Shown piece by piece: positions 18,617 through 28,206 of a stretch of 64,000 bases of DNA. The notes beneath the pieces are model-generated. The model was not told where the DNA came from. It saw only the letters and a list, made by a program, of their open reading frames with translations, and searched no databases. Made by a program: the position numbers and the translations under genes. The stretch covers positions 34,306 to 98,305 of the forward strand of contig CAVTAI010000006.1 in assembly GCA_963732655.1 (NCBI GenBank), written 5' to 3'. The stretch's first letter is position 1. Each line of letters opens with the position of its first letter. This stretch comes from an uncultured Acidobacteriota bacterium (GTDB taxonomy: Bacteria; Actinomycetota; Acidimicrobiia; Acidimicrobiales; SHLQ01).

Positions 18617-19609
18617 TCAATGCCCGGCCAGCTCGGCGACGATCGGCGCGAACGCTTCCATGTATCGCTGGGCGACGGTCACGTAGCTCACGCCGAACCG
18701 CTCACGGCGCTCCAGGAGGGTCTCGCACACCTGGTCGACCGACCCGAAAAGGGCGTGGGGATGGGTGGCGAAATCATCGACCGGCACGCCGAACCGCTGG
18801 GCCATGGTCTCGAGCTGCGCCGGCGCGTCGTCGCCGACGGCGACGAAATAGGCGCCGATCTCGATCTCCAGCTCGTCCAAGCGGTCCCCCGCGCCGGCGC
18901 GGATCCACTCGATCTTCCGCGCTGTCTGATCCGAGCCCGAGCCGGCCACGCTGGCGCCGCCGAGACGTCCCGACGAGTTGTCGAAGTTGACGCTGACGAT
19001 GTCGGCCTTCGCCCCGGCCAGACCCAGGACCTTGGGCGAGCCGCCACCGATCATGATCGGTGGGCCGGACCGGTCACCCGATCCCGGGCGTTGCACCGGG
19101 AGCGGTCGGCCGCTGAAACCCGACACGTCGACGTGGGTTCCGTGCTGCTCGATGGGCTCGCCACTCCAGTGGGCCCGCATGAGGTCGACCGTTTCGCGGA
19201 GCCGCTCGATCCGCACGCCGGGGCGCGCCATCGTGATGCCGAGTCCGTCGTACTCGTCCCGGACCCACCCGGCGCCGAGGCCGACCTCCAGCCGCCCACC
19301 CGACAGCAGGTCGAGCGTGGCCATCTCCTTCGCCAGCACGACCGGGTGGTGGTAGTCGCAGGCGAACACCCGGCACCCCACCCGCAAGGACGTGGTGACC
19401 GCGGCGGCGTACGCGATCGACACCACCGGCGACATGTCCACCGGTCGGTGCCCACTGGAGTCGGCGATCGGACCGGGCCCGAAGTAGTGATCAGTGCTGA
19501 ACAACGTGGCGTAGCCGAGCGACTCCACCCGCCGCACCAGACCCATCCACTCATCGGCTGTCCTGGCCTCGAACGCCTGCAAACCGAACCGGAACGGACG
19601 TGTCGTCAT
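18617..19609 (-). CDS. LLM-class (luciferase-like, F420/flavin-dependent) oxidoreductase
   Basis: Luciferase-like layout (LEVGLGAGW, MIGGGSPK). AAGGGGGAG precedes ATG 19609. Confidence 0.85.
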   Translation of the reverse strand: MTTRPFRFGLQAFEARTADEWMGLVRRVESLGYATLFSTDHYFGPGPIADSSGHRPVDMSPVVSIAYAAAVTTSLRVGCRVFACDYHHPVVLAKEMATLDLLSGGRLEVGLGAGWVRDEYDGLGITMARPGVRIERLRETVDLMRAHWSGEPIEQHGTHVDVSGFSGRPLPVQRPGSGDRSGPPIMIGGGSPKVLGLAGAKADIVSVNFDNSSGRLGGASVAGSGSDQTARKIEWIRAGAGDRLDELEIEIGAYFVAVGDDAPAQLETMAQRFGVPVDDFATHPHALFGSVDQVCETLLERRERFGVSYVTVAQRYMEAFAPIVAELAGH

Positions 19610-19655
19610 GGGTTTCTCCCCCTTCGATGTGACCGCAGGCCGGCCCACGTCCTAA

Positions 19656-19679
19656 TTTACTAACTGGGTGATTAGTTCT
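19656..19679. promoter_or_regulatory. AT-rich imperfect palindrome TTTACTAAC-TGGGTG-ATTAGTTCT (operator-like)
   Basis: Lies in the divergent intergenic region between the LLM gene and the first PEP-utilising gene. The reverse complement shares AACTAATCAC with 34004-34013. Confidence 0.4.
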
Positions 19680-19749
19680 ACGGACTCGCCGCGTGCTGGA
19701 CCAGCCGTGACCCACGGAGACGCACCACATCAGTCAAGGGGGACCTTCA

Positions 19750-21484
19750 ATGCTTGGTGATCGATGGATCTGTGACCGCGTCCCGACGGACCGCTTTCCC
19801 GACTACACGCGAGGCAACGCCGGCGAGGTGCTCGCCGATCCCGTCAGCCCGCTCGGCTGGACGTTCGGCTGGGAGGAAGGCGCCGTCCTCGGGTGCGTCG
19901 ACGGCTTCGAGCAGATGGGGATCTTCGACGCCAACGAGTACGCCACCCCGGCCGAGTCCTTCGGTCTGTTCGGCGGCTACTTCTACAACTCGCTGACGCA
20001 GAGCCGACTCTTCGGTGTCCGCAGCGGCGCCGGGTGGCAGGCCGTCGACCAGATGTTCTTCGACACCACCAGCCAGTCGATCCCGCCGTACGTCGAGCGG
20101 GACTGGCATGCGTCGCCGCGCCACACCGAGAAGCTGATCGGCATCATGGGATGGCTCACCACCCTCGACACCGTGCCCGAGATCGACCGGCAGAAGGTCG
20201 AGGCCAAGGCCCTGCGCGATAGCCGACCCGACCTGTCCACCCTCACTGATGCCCAACTCCTCGCTCGCGCCCGGAGCATCCAGCGGCACCTGCGGGCCAT
20301 GTTCTCCCAGGTGGTGTGGGCCTCGATGGGGAGCGGCATCGGCCCGGGGATTCTCGGCCCGATGATCGGCGAGTCCGATCCCGCCGCCCTCACCAAGCTC
20401 ATGACCGGTATCGGCGACGTCGACTCGGCCGACATCGCGGCCCAGATCTTCGACATCTCCCGCATCGTTCGCGCGTCACCCAGCGCTGATGGCCCAATTC
20501 GACGGTGACCTCGAAGGCCTGCTCGACCGGGTCGGCAAGTTGGACACGCCCGACGCCTTGGCGTTCCTCGCGTCCGTCGACGAGTTCCTGTACGAGCACG
20601 GCAGCCGCGGGCCCAACGAGTGGGACATCTACGCCTGGAGCTACGAGACGCGCCCCACGCTGTTGCTGCAGGCGATCGAGCGGGCCCGGGGCGCCGGCGA
20701 AGAATCGAACCCGGTTACCACCGTGGCCCGGGGAGCGGCCGAGCGCCAGCGCGTCATCGCCCACTACGAGGAGGTCTTCGCCGGCAATGACGAAGCCCTC
20801 GGCGGCCTCGGCATCGCCGTGAAGGCCATCGAGGTCTTCATGGCTGCCCGTGAGCGCTGCAAGTCGAGCAACATCCGCGCTCACGGAGAGGTGCGCCTGT
20901 GCTTCGCCGAGCTCGGAGCGCGCATGGCCGGCCGCGGGCACCTGGCCCACGATCGCCAGATCTTCATGCTGCTGTCGAGCGAACTCGATGCCTTCATGGC
21001 CGATCCCGGATCGTTCGCGACCACCCTCGAGGAGCGCGAACAGGACTACCTCGCTCTCTACGACCTCGATCCGCCCTACATCGTCGATGGCGTCGTGCTC
21101 CCGCTCGGCGAGTGGGCGCGCCGCAACAGCGGCGACGTCGAGATCGTGAAGGTCGGGGACGTGCTCCACGGGGTCGCCGGTTCACCCGGCACGGTGACGG
21201 GCACGGCCCGGATCCTGCTCGACCTGAACGATCCGAGCCGCCTCGAACCCGGCGACATCCTCATCTCCCCATCGACCGATCCGTCGTGGACTCCGCTGTT
21301 CCTGGCCGCCGGTGGCGTGATCACCAACATCGGCGCCATCGGGACCCATGCGGTGATCGTGAGCCGCGAGCTCGGCATCCCCTGCGTGCCCTCGATCCCG
21401 GACGCGACCCGCCGCATCCCCGACGGCTCCACGATCACCCTTGACGGCAGCATCGGCACCGTCACCATCGACGCCCTGCCGTGA
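19750..21484 (+). pseudogene. PEP-utilising (phosphohistidine swivel) enzyme, rifampicin-phosphotransferase-like but without an ATP-grasp; frameshifted at the CCC run 20479-20481
   Basis: The N-terminal 243 aa lie in ORF 19750..20508. The continuation ALMAQFDGD ... lies in ORF 20489..21484 and ends with the swivel motif GAIGTHAVIVSRELGIPCV. It is collinear with the paralog at 25382. Confidence 0.8.
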
Positions 21485-21524
21485 CGGGGCGCGCTCACCA
21501 CCATCGATCAGGAGCTCGCCCCAC

Positions 21525-21872
21525 GTGATCGCCATCATCGGGCACATCGACGTCGATCCCGCCGTGCGTGACGAGCTCGTCGCGTCGACCGCCGACCTCC
21601 AGCGCGCTACCCGCAGCGACGAGCCGGGGTGCCTGGCCTACACCATCGCCGCCGACCCGGCGGATGAGCGCCGCATCAGCATCGTGGAGCTGTGGGCCTC
21701 TCCCGCCGATCTCGATGCCCACTTCCAGCACCCCAACTTCCACGCCACCGGCGCCGCTCTCCGCTCCGTCTCTCGCCTCGGTGGTGGGTCGGCCAAGTAC
21801 CGCATCGATGCCACCGACCCTGTCAAAGGGCCCGACGGCGCCGCCTCGTCGACGTTCTGGTCGACGGTGTGA
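21525..21872 (+). CDS. antibiotic biosynthesis monooxygenase (ABM) domain protein
   Basis: About 115 aa with an ABM-like pattern (IIGHIDVDPAVRDE ... IVELWASPADLDAHF). AGGAG lies 10 nt upstream of GTG 21525. Confidence 0.7.
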   Translation: MIAIIGHIDVDPAVRDELVASTADLQRATRSDEPGCLAYTIAADPADERRISIVELWASPADLDAHFQHPNFHATGAALRSVSRLGGGSAKYRIDATDPVKGPDGAASSTFWSTV

Positions 21873-22705
21873 TCGATCCCGGCGACCACATCGAGATCCA
21901 TCACTTGCTGGCCCGCTACGGCCACCTGCTCGATGCCCGAGACTGGGATGCGTTCGCCGATCTGTTCGTCGCCGACGCCGTCGTGGACTACACCGGCGTG
22001 CGGGCGCCCAAGGTCTGTGTCGGTCGCGACGAGATCCTCGGCTACTTCGTACCCGCCAACCATCCTCAGGCGCACCACGTGACCAACATCGTCGTCACGC
22101 CGACCGCCGCCGATCGGGCCTCGGTGCACAGCAAGTTCGTCGTGCCCTTCGTCGGCCCGGCCCACACCCCGAAACGGCTCTACGGCGGCGACTACGAGGA
22201 CATCGTCGTGCGAACCGCAGACGGCTGGCGCTTCGCCGAGAAGCACGGCCGCAGCCGCTGGACCCATGTCTTGGAGGAGATCCATCCCATGTCCGACCGT
22301 GACTCCATCATCGACCTCGCCGTCGCCTACACGTGGGCGCTCGACACGAAGACCATGGAGGGGCTCCGCGCCGTCTTCCTCCCGGACGCCACGGCGTCAC
22401 TCCGCGGGGTGGAGTGCCGCGGCGTCGACGCCATCATCGAGCGCATCGGCGGCGCGATCCTCCGCCTCGACCGCACTCAACACCTCGTCGGCAACCACCA
22501 GGTCACCGTGGACGGTGATCGGGGGACACATCGGTGCCACCTCCAGAGCCAGCACGTCAAGGAGGGCACCGAAGGGGGCGACAACTTCATCGTCGGCGGC
22601 TACTACGAGGATCAGGTCGTGCGCACTCCGGGGGGCTGGCGGATCGCCCACCGCGTCATGCAACAGACGTGGACCGACGGCAATCCCGCCGTGACCAAGC
22701 GCTGA
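21869..22705 (+). CDS. tandem SnoaL/NTF2-like double-domain protein (or two genes with no intervening stop)
   Basis: GTG 21869 overlaps the ABM stop (GTGA). There are two similar halves. The second begins at ATG 22289, which is preceded by GGAGGAG. No stop separates the halves. Confidence 0.65.
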   Translation: MIDPGDHIEIHHLLARYGHLLDARDWDAFADLFVADAVVDYTGVRAPKVCVGRDEILGYFVPANHPQAHHVTNIVVTPTAADRASVHSKFVVPFVGPAHTPKRLYGGDYEDIVVRTADGWRFAEKHGRSRWTHVLEEIHPMSDRDSIIDLAVAYTWALDTKTMEGLRAVFLPDATASLRGVECRGVDAIIERIGGAILRLDRTQHLVGNHQVTVDGDRGTHRCHLQSQHVKEGTEGGDNFIVGGYYEDQVVRTPGGWRIAHRVMQQTWTDGNPAVTKR

Positions 22706-22731
22706 CGGAACCTCACCGGCGCCGAGACCGG

Positions 22732-23346
22732 CTACTCGGGTTCGAGGCCGGCGATGCGATCGGCGATGGCACCGACCTCCTCGACGAATCGGCGGGGCCC
22801 GAGGGCCCGGTAGTTGCTGTCGCGAGTCAACATCGACGCGGCCGTCGTCTCGAGCAACGACACGAGTCCCACGGCGATCACACCCGCGTCGGCCATGGCC
22901 AACCGGCCGCGACTGGCGCGCACAGCGTGCCGGAACTCCCCGACGAGTTGGTGGCGAACCTCCCGCCGAAGGGCCTCAACCATCGGGTTCAACCCGTTCG
23001 ACGAGACGAAGTACACGGCACCGGCGGGGCGCCGGCGGGAGACGAACTCCACGACGTCGGACAGGAGCGCGCGCACCGCGTCAGGCGTCGGCCCGGCGGC
23101 TGCGGTCCCGGGCGCCCGCACGTCGCGCATGTGGCCGAGCAGGTCGTCGCCGAACTGCCGCATCCCTTCCAGAAGGATCTGTTCCTTGGAGGCGAAGTGG
23201 TAATAGACGGCCGCCGGTGTCATCGCGACCTTGGCGGCGATGTCGGCGATGGTGACGTCGTCGATCGAGTTGGTCGCGAAGAGTCGGATCGCCGCTTCGA
23301 TCACCTCGGCTCGCCGCGACGGGCGATGGGCAGGTCGGCGATCCAC
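22732..23346 (-). CDS. TetR family transcriptional regulator
   Basis: HTH TIADIAAKVAMTPAAVYYHFASKEQI. Confidence 0.9.
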   Translation of the reverse strand: MDRRPAHRPSRRAEVIEAAIRLFATNSIDDVTIADIAAKVAMTPAAVYYHFASKEQILLEGMRQFGDDLLGHMRDVRAPGTAAAGPTPDAVRALLSDVVEFVSRRRPAGAVYFVSSNGLNPMVEALRREVRHQLVGEFRHAVRASRGRLAMADAGVIAVGLVSLLETTAASMLTRDSNYRALGPRRFVEEVGAIADRIAGLEPE

Positions 23347-23375
23347 CGAAGCGTCGATGTCCGTACAGTAGGCGT

Positions 23376-24032
23376 GTGCGTGATGAAACTGCTGATCCAG
23401 CGCGCCAACCGGCGCCCAGCCAACCAGCGCGCCAACCGGCGCACCGGCCGTCCCGCCGTCACGAGATCATCGACGCGGCGATCAGGATGTTCGCCCGGCA
23501 GGGCTTCGTCGACACCTCGATCGGCGACATCGCCGTCGACGCCAACATGGCCGCCACCGCCGTGTACTACCACTTCTCCGGCAAGGAGGAGCTCTTCAAC
23601 GCTGCCGTGGGTCGGGTGTTCGACGCCATCAGCGATGTCGTGTCCGGCGTGCGAGGCGGGGTGAGCGAGGTCGATGACGCGACCCTCGACCGGGTGATCG
23701 ACGCCGTGTGGATCTGGGTCGACACGCATCCCGACGAGGCCACCTTGGTCCACCTCCAGCTCCCGGGCGCCACCCGGCAGGTCACGGCCAAACGCCAGGA
23801 GTTCGAGGAGCTGCATGTCGAGCGGGCGTTCGGATACCTGGGTCCGCGAGTCACCCGTCGAGTGCCCGCGGCGCGCCGCGCCGTGGAGACCCTCTCGGTC
23901 CGGACCCTGGTCGATCTGCTCATCTCGGTGCACTCGATGCGCCTCGCCGACGGGCCGCTGAGCGGTGAACCCAGCGCTGAGCTCCAGGCCTCGGTCCGCC
24001 GCCTCGCCCATCGGTTGGTGGCCGTCGCCTGA
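23376..24032 (+). CDS. TetR family transcriptional regulator (paralog of 22732..23346)
   Basis: HTH SIGDIAVDANMAATAVYYHFSGKEEL. The N-terminus contains a 19-bp direct repeat (23397-23415 and 23424-23442). Confidence 0.85.
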   Translation: MRDETADPARQPAPSQPARQPAHRPSRRHEIIDAAIRMFARQGFVDTSIGDIAVDANMAATAVYYHFSGKEELFNAAVGRVFDAISDVVSGVRGGVSEVDDATLDRVIDAVWIWVDTHPDEATLVHLQLPGATRQVTAKRQEFEELHVERAFGYLGPRVTRRVPAARRAVETLSVRTLVDLLISVHSMRLADGPLSGEPSAELQASVRRLAHRLVAVA

Positions 24033-24054
24033 GATCAAGGTTCGGCGGCGGACC

Positions 24055-25284
24055 TCAGATCGCCTCGACCCAGTCCACCAAGAGATCGGGCACTCGGAGA
24101 TCCTCGCGGATGTGTTCGGGGCCGATCACCTTGTCGATCCAGGCGTGGACGTGCCAGATCCGGCGCTCCTGATAGTTCACCACCTGCCCACCGTGCGCCG
24201 CGTGCTCCAACGAGCGCTGGATCGGCTCGAGATTGCTGTAGTCCTCGTCCATGATCAGGTCGAACCGATCCAGGCGTCGCTTCCAGATGTCGGGATGGGG
24301 CATCTTGCCCGCGCCCCAGTCCGCGGCGAACCAGACGATGTCGAGGCGGGTGCGATCGATCGCGGTCGGCCAGAAGACCAGGAAAGGGAACCCACGACCA
24401 TCGAGCGGCGTGATGAGGTTCGGGAAGATGCCGAACGCCGGTTGGATCGACTCCCGCATCAGCGCGGGAAGGTGGGCCAGGGTGGCCAGCTGGTCGCGCT
24501 GGTCGGTGCGGGTGCCGGCCCGCACCGGGGACAACATGTTCTGATGGCCGTGGTCGAACAACGAGACGACGGTGCCCCGGGTGTCGAGGGTCGGTGCGAT
24601 GGTCTCGGGATGGATCGTGCGGGCGTGGTACACCTCGAGGAACCCTTCGGCCACCACCTTCCAATTGCAGCGCAGCTCGACGGTCTTGGTATCGATGACC
24701 CGCACCGGTGACCGGGCCACATCGGCCATCAGGCGCGGCAGCGGATCCAGCCAGTCGAGCAGTGCGCCGGCCTCGGGATCGAGGTTCACGAACCACCACC
24801 CACCCCATCGCTCGCAGCGCACGGGCGGCAGGCCGCGATCGGCGGTACACAAGCCGACGAAGTCGCGCTCGTCGGGCACGCGAACGAGCCGTCCCTCCAG
24901 GTCGTAGGTCCACGAGTGGTACTGGCACACCAGGAGTCGCGCCTGGCCACCGGTACCCCGCACGACCGGCGCCCCCCGGTGCCGACAGGCGTTGCGGAAG
25001 GCCCGCACCTCGCCATCGGTCCCGCGCACCACGATCACGGCGGCGCCGGCGATGTCGCACACGTGGTACCCGCCTGGTTCGGCGAATTGGGAGTCGTGGG
25101 CGGCGTACACCCACGAGCGTCCGAACAGGTGGCGCTGTTCGAGCTCGAAGAACGACGGGTCCGTGTACCGGCCGATCGGCAGATCCGGGAGCACCGGGAA
25201 ACCGTCGGGCGGCCCGGTCCGCTCACGCTCGTAGTCGGATCGCTCGTCGAACCAGTCGAGGTAGTCCGTGTCCATCGACTGCAT
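24055..25284 (-). CDS. Rieske oxygenase alpha subunit (paralog 2)
   Basis: CRHRG ... CQYHSW; iron motif EVYHARTIH. Confidence 0.9.
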   Translation of the reverse strand: MQSMDTDYLDWFDERSDYERERTGPPDGFPVLPDLPIGRYTDPSFFELEQRHLFGRSWVYAAHDSQFAEPGGYHVCDIAGAAVIVVRGTDGEVRAFRNACRHRGAPVVRGTGGQARLLVCQYHSWTYDLEGRLVRVPDERDFVGLCTADRGLPPVRCERWGGWWFVNLDPEAGALLDWLDPLPRLMADVARSPVRVIDTKTVELRCNWKVVAEGFLEVYHARTIHPETIAPTLDTRGTVVSLFDHGHQNMLSPVRAGTRTDQRDQLATLAHLPALMRESIQPAFGIFPNLITPLDGRGFPFLVFWPTAIDRTRLDIVWFAADWGAGKMPHPDIWKRRLDRFDLIMDEDYSNLEPIQRSLEHAAHGGQVVNYQERRIWHVHAWIDKVIGPEHIREDLRVPDLLVDWVEAI

Positions 25285-25381
25285 CTTGCCAGCCCTCGCG
25301 ACGTGACGCAGGACACTTGAGGCGGCCTACAGTTACTGCCGCACGACACCGTCTCACGACACATGTCTCAGGAGGACGCCG

Positions 25382-27144
25382 GTGAGCACTGGAAGCCCCA
25401 ACGACCCCGCGGCCTGGTTCGGTGATTCCACGTTGGGTGAGCGCCTCCCGGCCTGGACCCGAGGCAATGCCGCCGATGTCTTCCCCGACCCGTTCAGCCC
25501 GCTGGCCCAGACGATGGTGCTGCGCAACGGCATGTGCACCGGTCTGCGAGATGCGTACATCTCCATCGGCGCGCTGTCCTTCGACGAGTTCGAGGACCCG
25601 GTCCGTCCCGACCTGTTCAAGATGTTCGGCGGCTATCTGTACAACCCGCTCACGCTCACCCGGGTGCTCGGTGCCCGCATGCCCGGCGCGTCCCCGAGAT
25701 GATCGACAAGGCGTTCTTCGACGAGCGCGACGACGTGCCGCCCTACGACTACCAGTCCTGGCACGACTCACCGGAGCACGAGGCCCGCCTCGGCGAATCC
25801 ATGGCCTGGACCATGGCGACGGAGTCGCTGCCCGAGCTCGACGCCGACAAGTCGTTGGCGCGTGCGCAGCGAGCCAACCGCCCCGACCTCGCCCGTCTGA
25901 GCGACGCCGCCCTCATCGCCCGCGCCCGCTCCATGGTGCCGGTGCTGCAGCAGGTGTTCGAGAACGCCATGCGGGTGTCGTCGCTGTCGTCGCTCGGCCC
26001 CGGCGCGCTCGGCGCCGTGTGCGAAGCCCTCGGCGACCCCACGATGGCCATCCGCCTCCTGGCCGGCATCGACGTCGACTCGGCCGAGCCGTCGCACGCC
26101 ATGTGGGACCTCGGCCGCGTCGCGGCCGCCTCCCGTGACGTGGCCGCCGCGTTCGACACCGGGGCCGACAACGTCCTCGACGCGCTCCGCGCCGCGGGAA
26201 GCGCCGACGCGCTCGACTTCTTGTCTCGCTTCGACCAGTTCCTCCACGACTACGGCGCCCGAGCGCAGAACGAGTACGACCTGATCTCGCTCTCGTGGGA
26301 GGTCGAGCCCCGGATCGCGCTGGCCGCCATCGACCTGATGCGCAAGAGCGACGAGACCCAGGCTCCCGCCGTGCGCCACGACACAGCGGTGGCCGAACGC
26401 GATCGCCTCGCCGCCGAGATCGGCGAGCAGATCGCGGGCGACGCGGAGACGGCCGGCCTGTTCGAAGCCGCGCTGCGCTCGGCCCGGTTGTTCCTGAGCG
26501 GGCGCGAGCGCGCCAAGACCAACTCCGTCGTCGTGATCAACGAGATGCGGGTGGCGCTGCGGGAACTCGGTCGGCGCCTGGTCGAACGCGGCCACCTGGA
26601 CCAGATCGAGCACGTCTTCATGGTGACCGACGACGACCTCGACCACCTGCGCCACGACCCCGCCGTGTTCGGCGACACGGTCCGCTCCCGCTGGAACCAG
26701 TACCGCTCGTTGTTCGACTACGAACCGGTGTTCATCGTCAACGGGCGGGTGCCGGCGCTGACCGAGATGACCAACCGTGCCGACAAGTCAGCGGCGGTGA
26801 GCACGGTCACCGCCGGCACGGTCCTCGCCGGTGCCGCCGGCTCTGGCGGCTCCGCCACGGGCCGCGCCCGGGTGATCCTCGACGCCTCCCACCCCGAGGG
26901 CCTGGAGCCGGGCGACGTGTTGATCGCGCCGCAGACCGACCCGTCGTGGGTGCCGTTGTTCGTCCCGGCGGCCGCCGTCGTGGTCAACGTCGGCGCCATG
27001 GGCAGCCACGCCATGATCGTGTCGCGCGAGCTCGGGATCCCTTGCGTGGTGTCGGTCGCCGACGCCACCCACCTCATCCCCGACGGGGCGACGGTGACCG
27101 TCGATGGCACCGCCGGCACCGTCACCGTCGTGTCGGTCGTTTAG
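25382..27144 (+). pseudogene. PEP-utilising (phosphohistidine swivel) enzyme, rifampicin-phosphotransferase-like but without an ATP-grasp; frameshifted at the C run 25692-25695
   Basis: The N-terminal 105 aa lie in ORF 25382..25702. PEMIDKAFFDE ... continues in ORF 25534..27144 and ends with GAMGSHAMIVSRELGIPCV. AGGAGG precedes GTG 25382. Confidence 0.8.
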
Positions 27145-27724
27145 GCGGCGGTGTCGGCCACCGGACCGTCAGGGACTCCGGGGTCCACGCCGGCCAGCGC
27201 GGAGCACCGACGATGCCGCCGTCGACGAACGTCGCGATGGTGACCGGCCCCGGCCCGGTGTTGTCGAACACTTCAGCGCTGTCCGCCAACTCGATCATGA
27301 GCACGACGTTGCCCCACAGCCGACGCCATCGTGAGCGGATCTTGTCCTCGGGAACGTCGTGACCTCCTGCGGCCACTCGTGCCCGCACTCGCTCGATCGA
27401 GTACTCCTCCGGCACGGCGACGACGATGAGATGCACGTAGTAGCCGGCGTCTCGAGCCCTGCGTACCAGGTCGATCTTCGACTGGTGGGAGGCGACCGTC
27501 TCGGCGATGAACGATTCGCCGCGGGCGAGGAGCGCCTCACGGGCGGTCTCCGCGGCCTGGGCCGCTTCGTAGCCGTGCGACAGCGGATCCCGGGGCCAGC
27601 GGTCGGCGGCGATCACATCGGCGTTCACGAACGCAACCCCGGGCCGAAGGTCGGCCAGGACGAACTCGACGAATGTCGACTTGCCCGCCCCATTGGGACC
27701 CACGACGAGGTCCAGGCGGCTCAC
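27122..27724 (-). CDS. zeta-toxin-like P-loop kinase (toxin candidate)
   Basis: Walker [10 protein letters not shown] near the N-terminus; about 200 aa. The start overlaps the upstream small gene (GTGA). Confidence 0.75.
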   Translation of the reverse strand: MSRLDLVVGPNGAGKSTFVEFVLADLRPGVAFVNADVIAADRWPRDPLSHGYEAAQAAETAREALLARGESFIAETVASHQSKIDLVRRARDAGYYVHLIVVAVPEEYSIERVRARVAAGGHDVPEDKIRSRWRRLWGNVVLMIELADSAEVFDNTGPGPVTIATFVDGGIVGAPRWPAWTPESLTVRWPTPPPKRPTRR

Positions 27725-28089
27725 AAGACCGTCGTCGACCCGTCCGGCAGTCGGCGGACCATACGTCCCTCGTCGTCCATGACGACCGCGGTGACGCCCC
27801 TCGCGGCGAGACGATCCGCGAACGAGATCTCGTTGGCGGCGGTAGAGATCGCCGCATTGATGGCGGCGTTGGCGACGACCCGTTCGCCCGGGTCAAGGCT
27901 CCCAAGGGTGACTGAACCGGCGATCGCTTGCTGGATGCGACGCTGGGACAAGCTGGTCTGCCGGTCGAAGAACATGCCGAATCGAGCCCAGTGCTCGAGC
28001 TGCTTCGCCGCCGAGCGGTGCTCCTCGCGACCTTCGGCCTCCGCCGCCTCGATCAGGTCGACGGGGAGCCGGGTCGTCTTGGTCGTCAT
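27721..28089 (-). CDS. ParD-like antitoxin candidate
   Basis: 122-aa protein directly upstream of the P-loop toxin and overlapping it. GGAGG lies 8 nt upstream of ATG 28089. Confidence 0.65.
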   Translation of the reverse strand: MTTKTTRLPVDLIEAAEAEGREEHRSAAKQLEHWARFGMFFDRQTSLSQRRIQQAIAGSVTLGSLDPGERVVANAAINAAISTAANEISFADRLAARGVTAVVMDDEGRMVRRLPDGSTTVL

Positions 28090-28103
28090 CGGCACACCTC
28101 CAG

Positions 28104-28142
28104 ATGTGTCATTGTGCCACAGGCAGAGGCGTTGTGTCACAA
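28104..28142 (-). promoter_or_regulatory. candidate autoregulatory operators (TGTG-N-CACA repeats) upstream of the toxin-antitoxin pair
   Basis: TGTGCCACA at 28113-28121, TTGTGTCACAA at 28132-28142, and the related ATGTGTCAT at 28104-28112. Confidence 0.45.
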
Positions 28143-28206
28143 CTTGGTTGCTGAGGTGTCCCGGGGCCGCCGCGACGTTGTGCGCGCCACCTTCACGGGT
28201 CGGCAC

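Noticed and set aside
11227-25312. The shared 8-mer CGTGACGC near the starts of Rieske paralogs 1 and 2 as a common operator.
   Set aside because: It is a GC-rich 8-mer in a GC-rich 64-kb window and is expected to recur by chance several times. The flanks do not align.
3856-25699. Programmed ribosomal frameshifting as the explanation for the split P450, SDR, E1 beta and PEP-utilising genes.
   Set aside because: None of the sites has an X XXY YYZ slippery heptamer or an obvious downstream stimulatory structure. The shifts go in both directions and sit in simple G/C runs.
17449-28206. A mobile element or genomic island suggested by the DUF4143 ATPase and the toxin-antitoxin pair.
   Set aside because: I found no integrase, transposase, recombinase, tRNA target or flanking direct or inverted repeats. 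Base composition looks like the surrounding sequence by eye.
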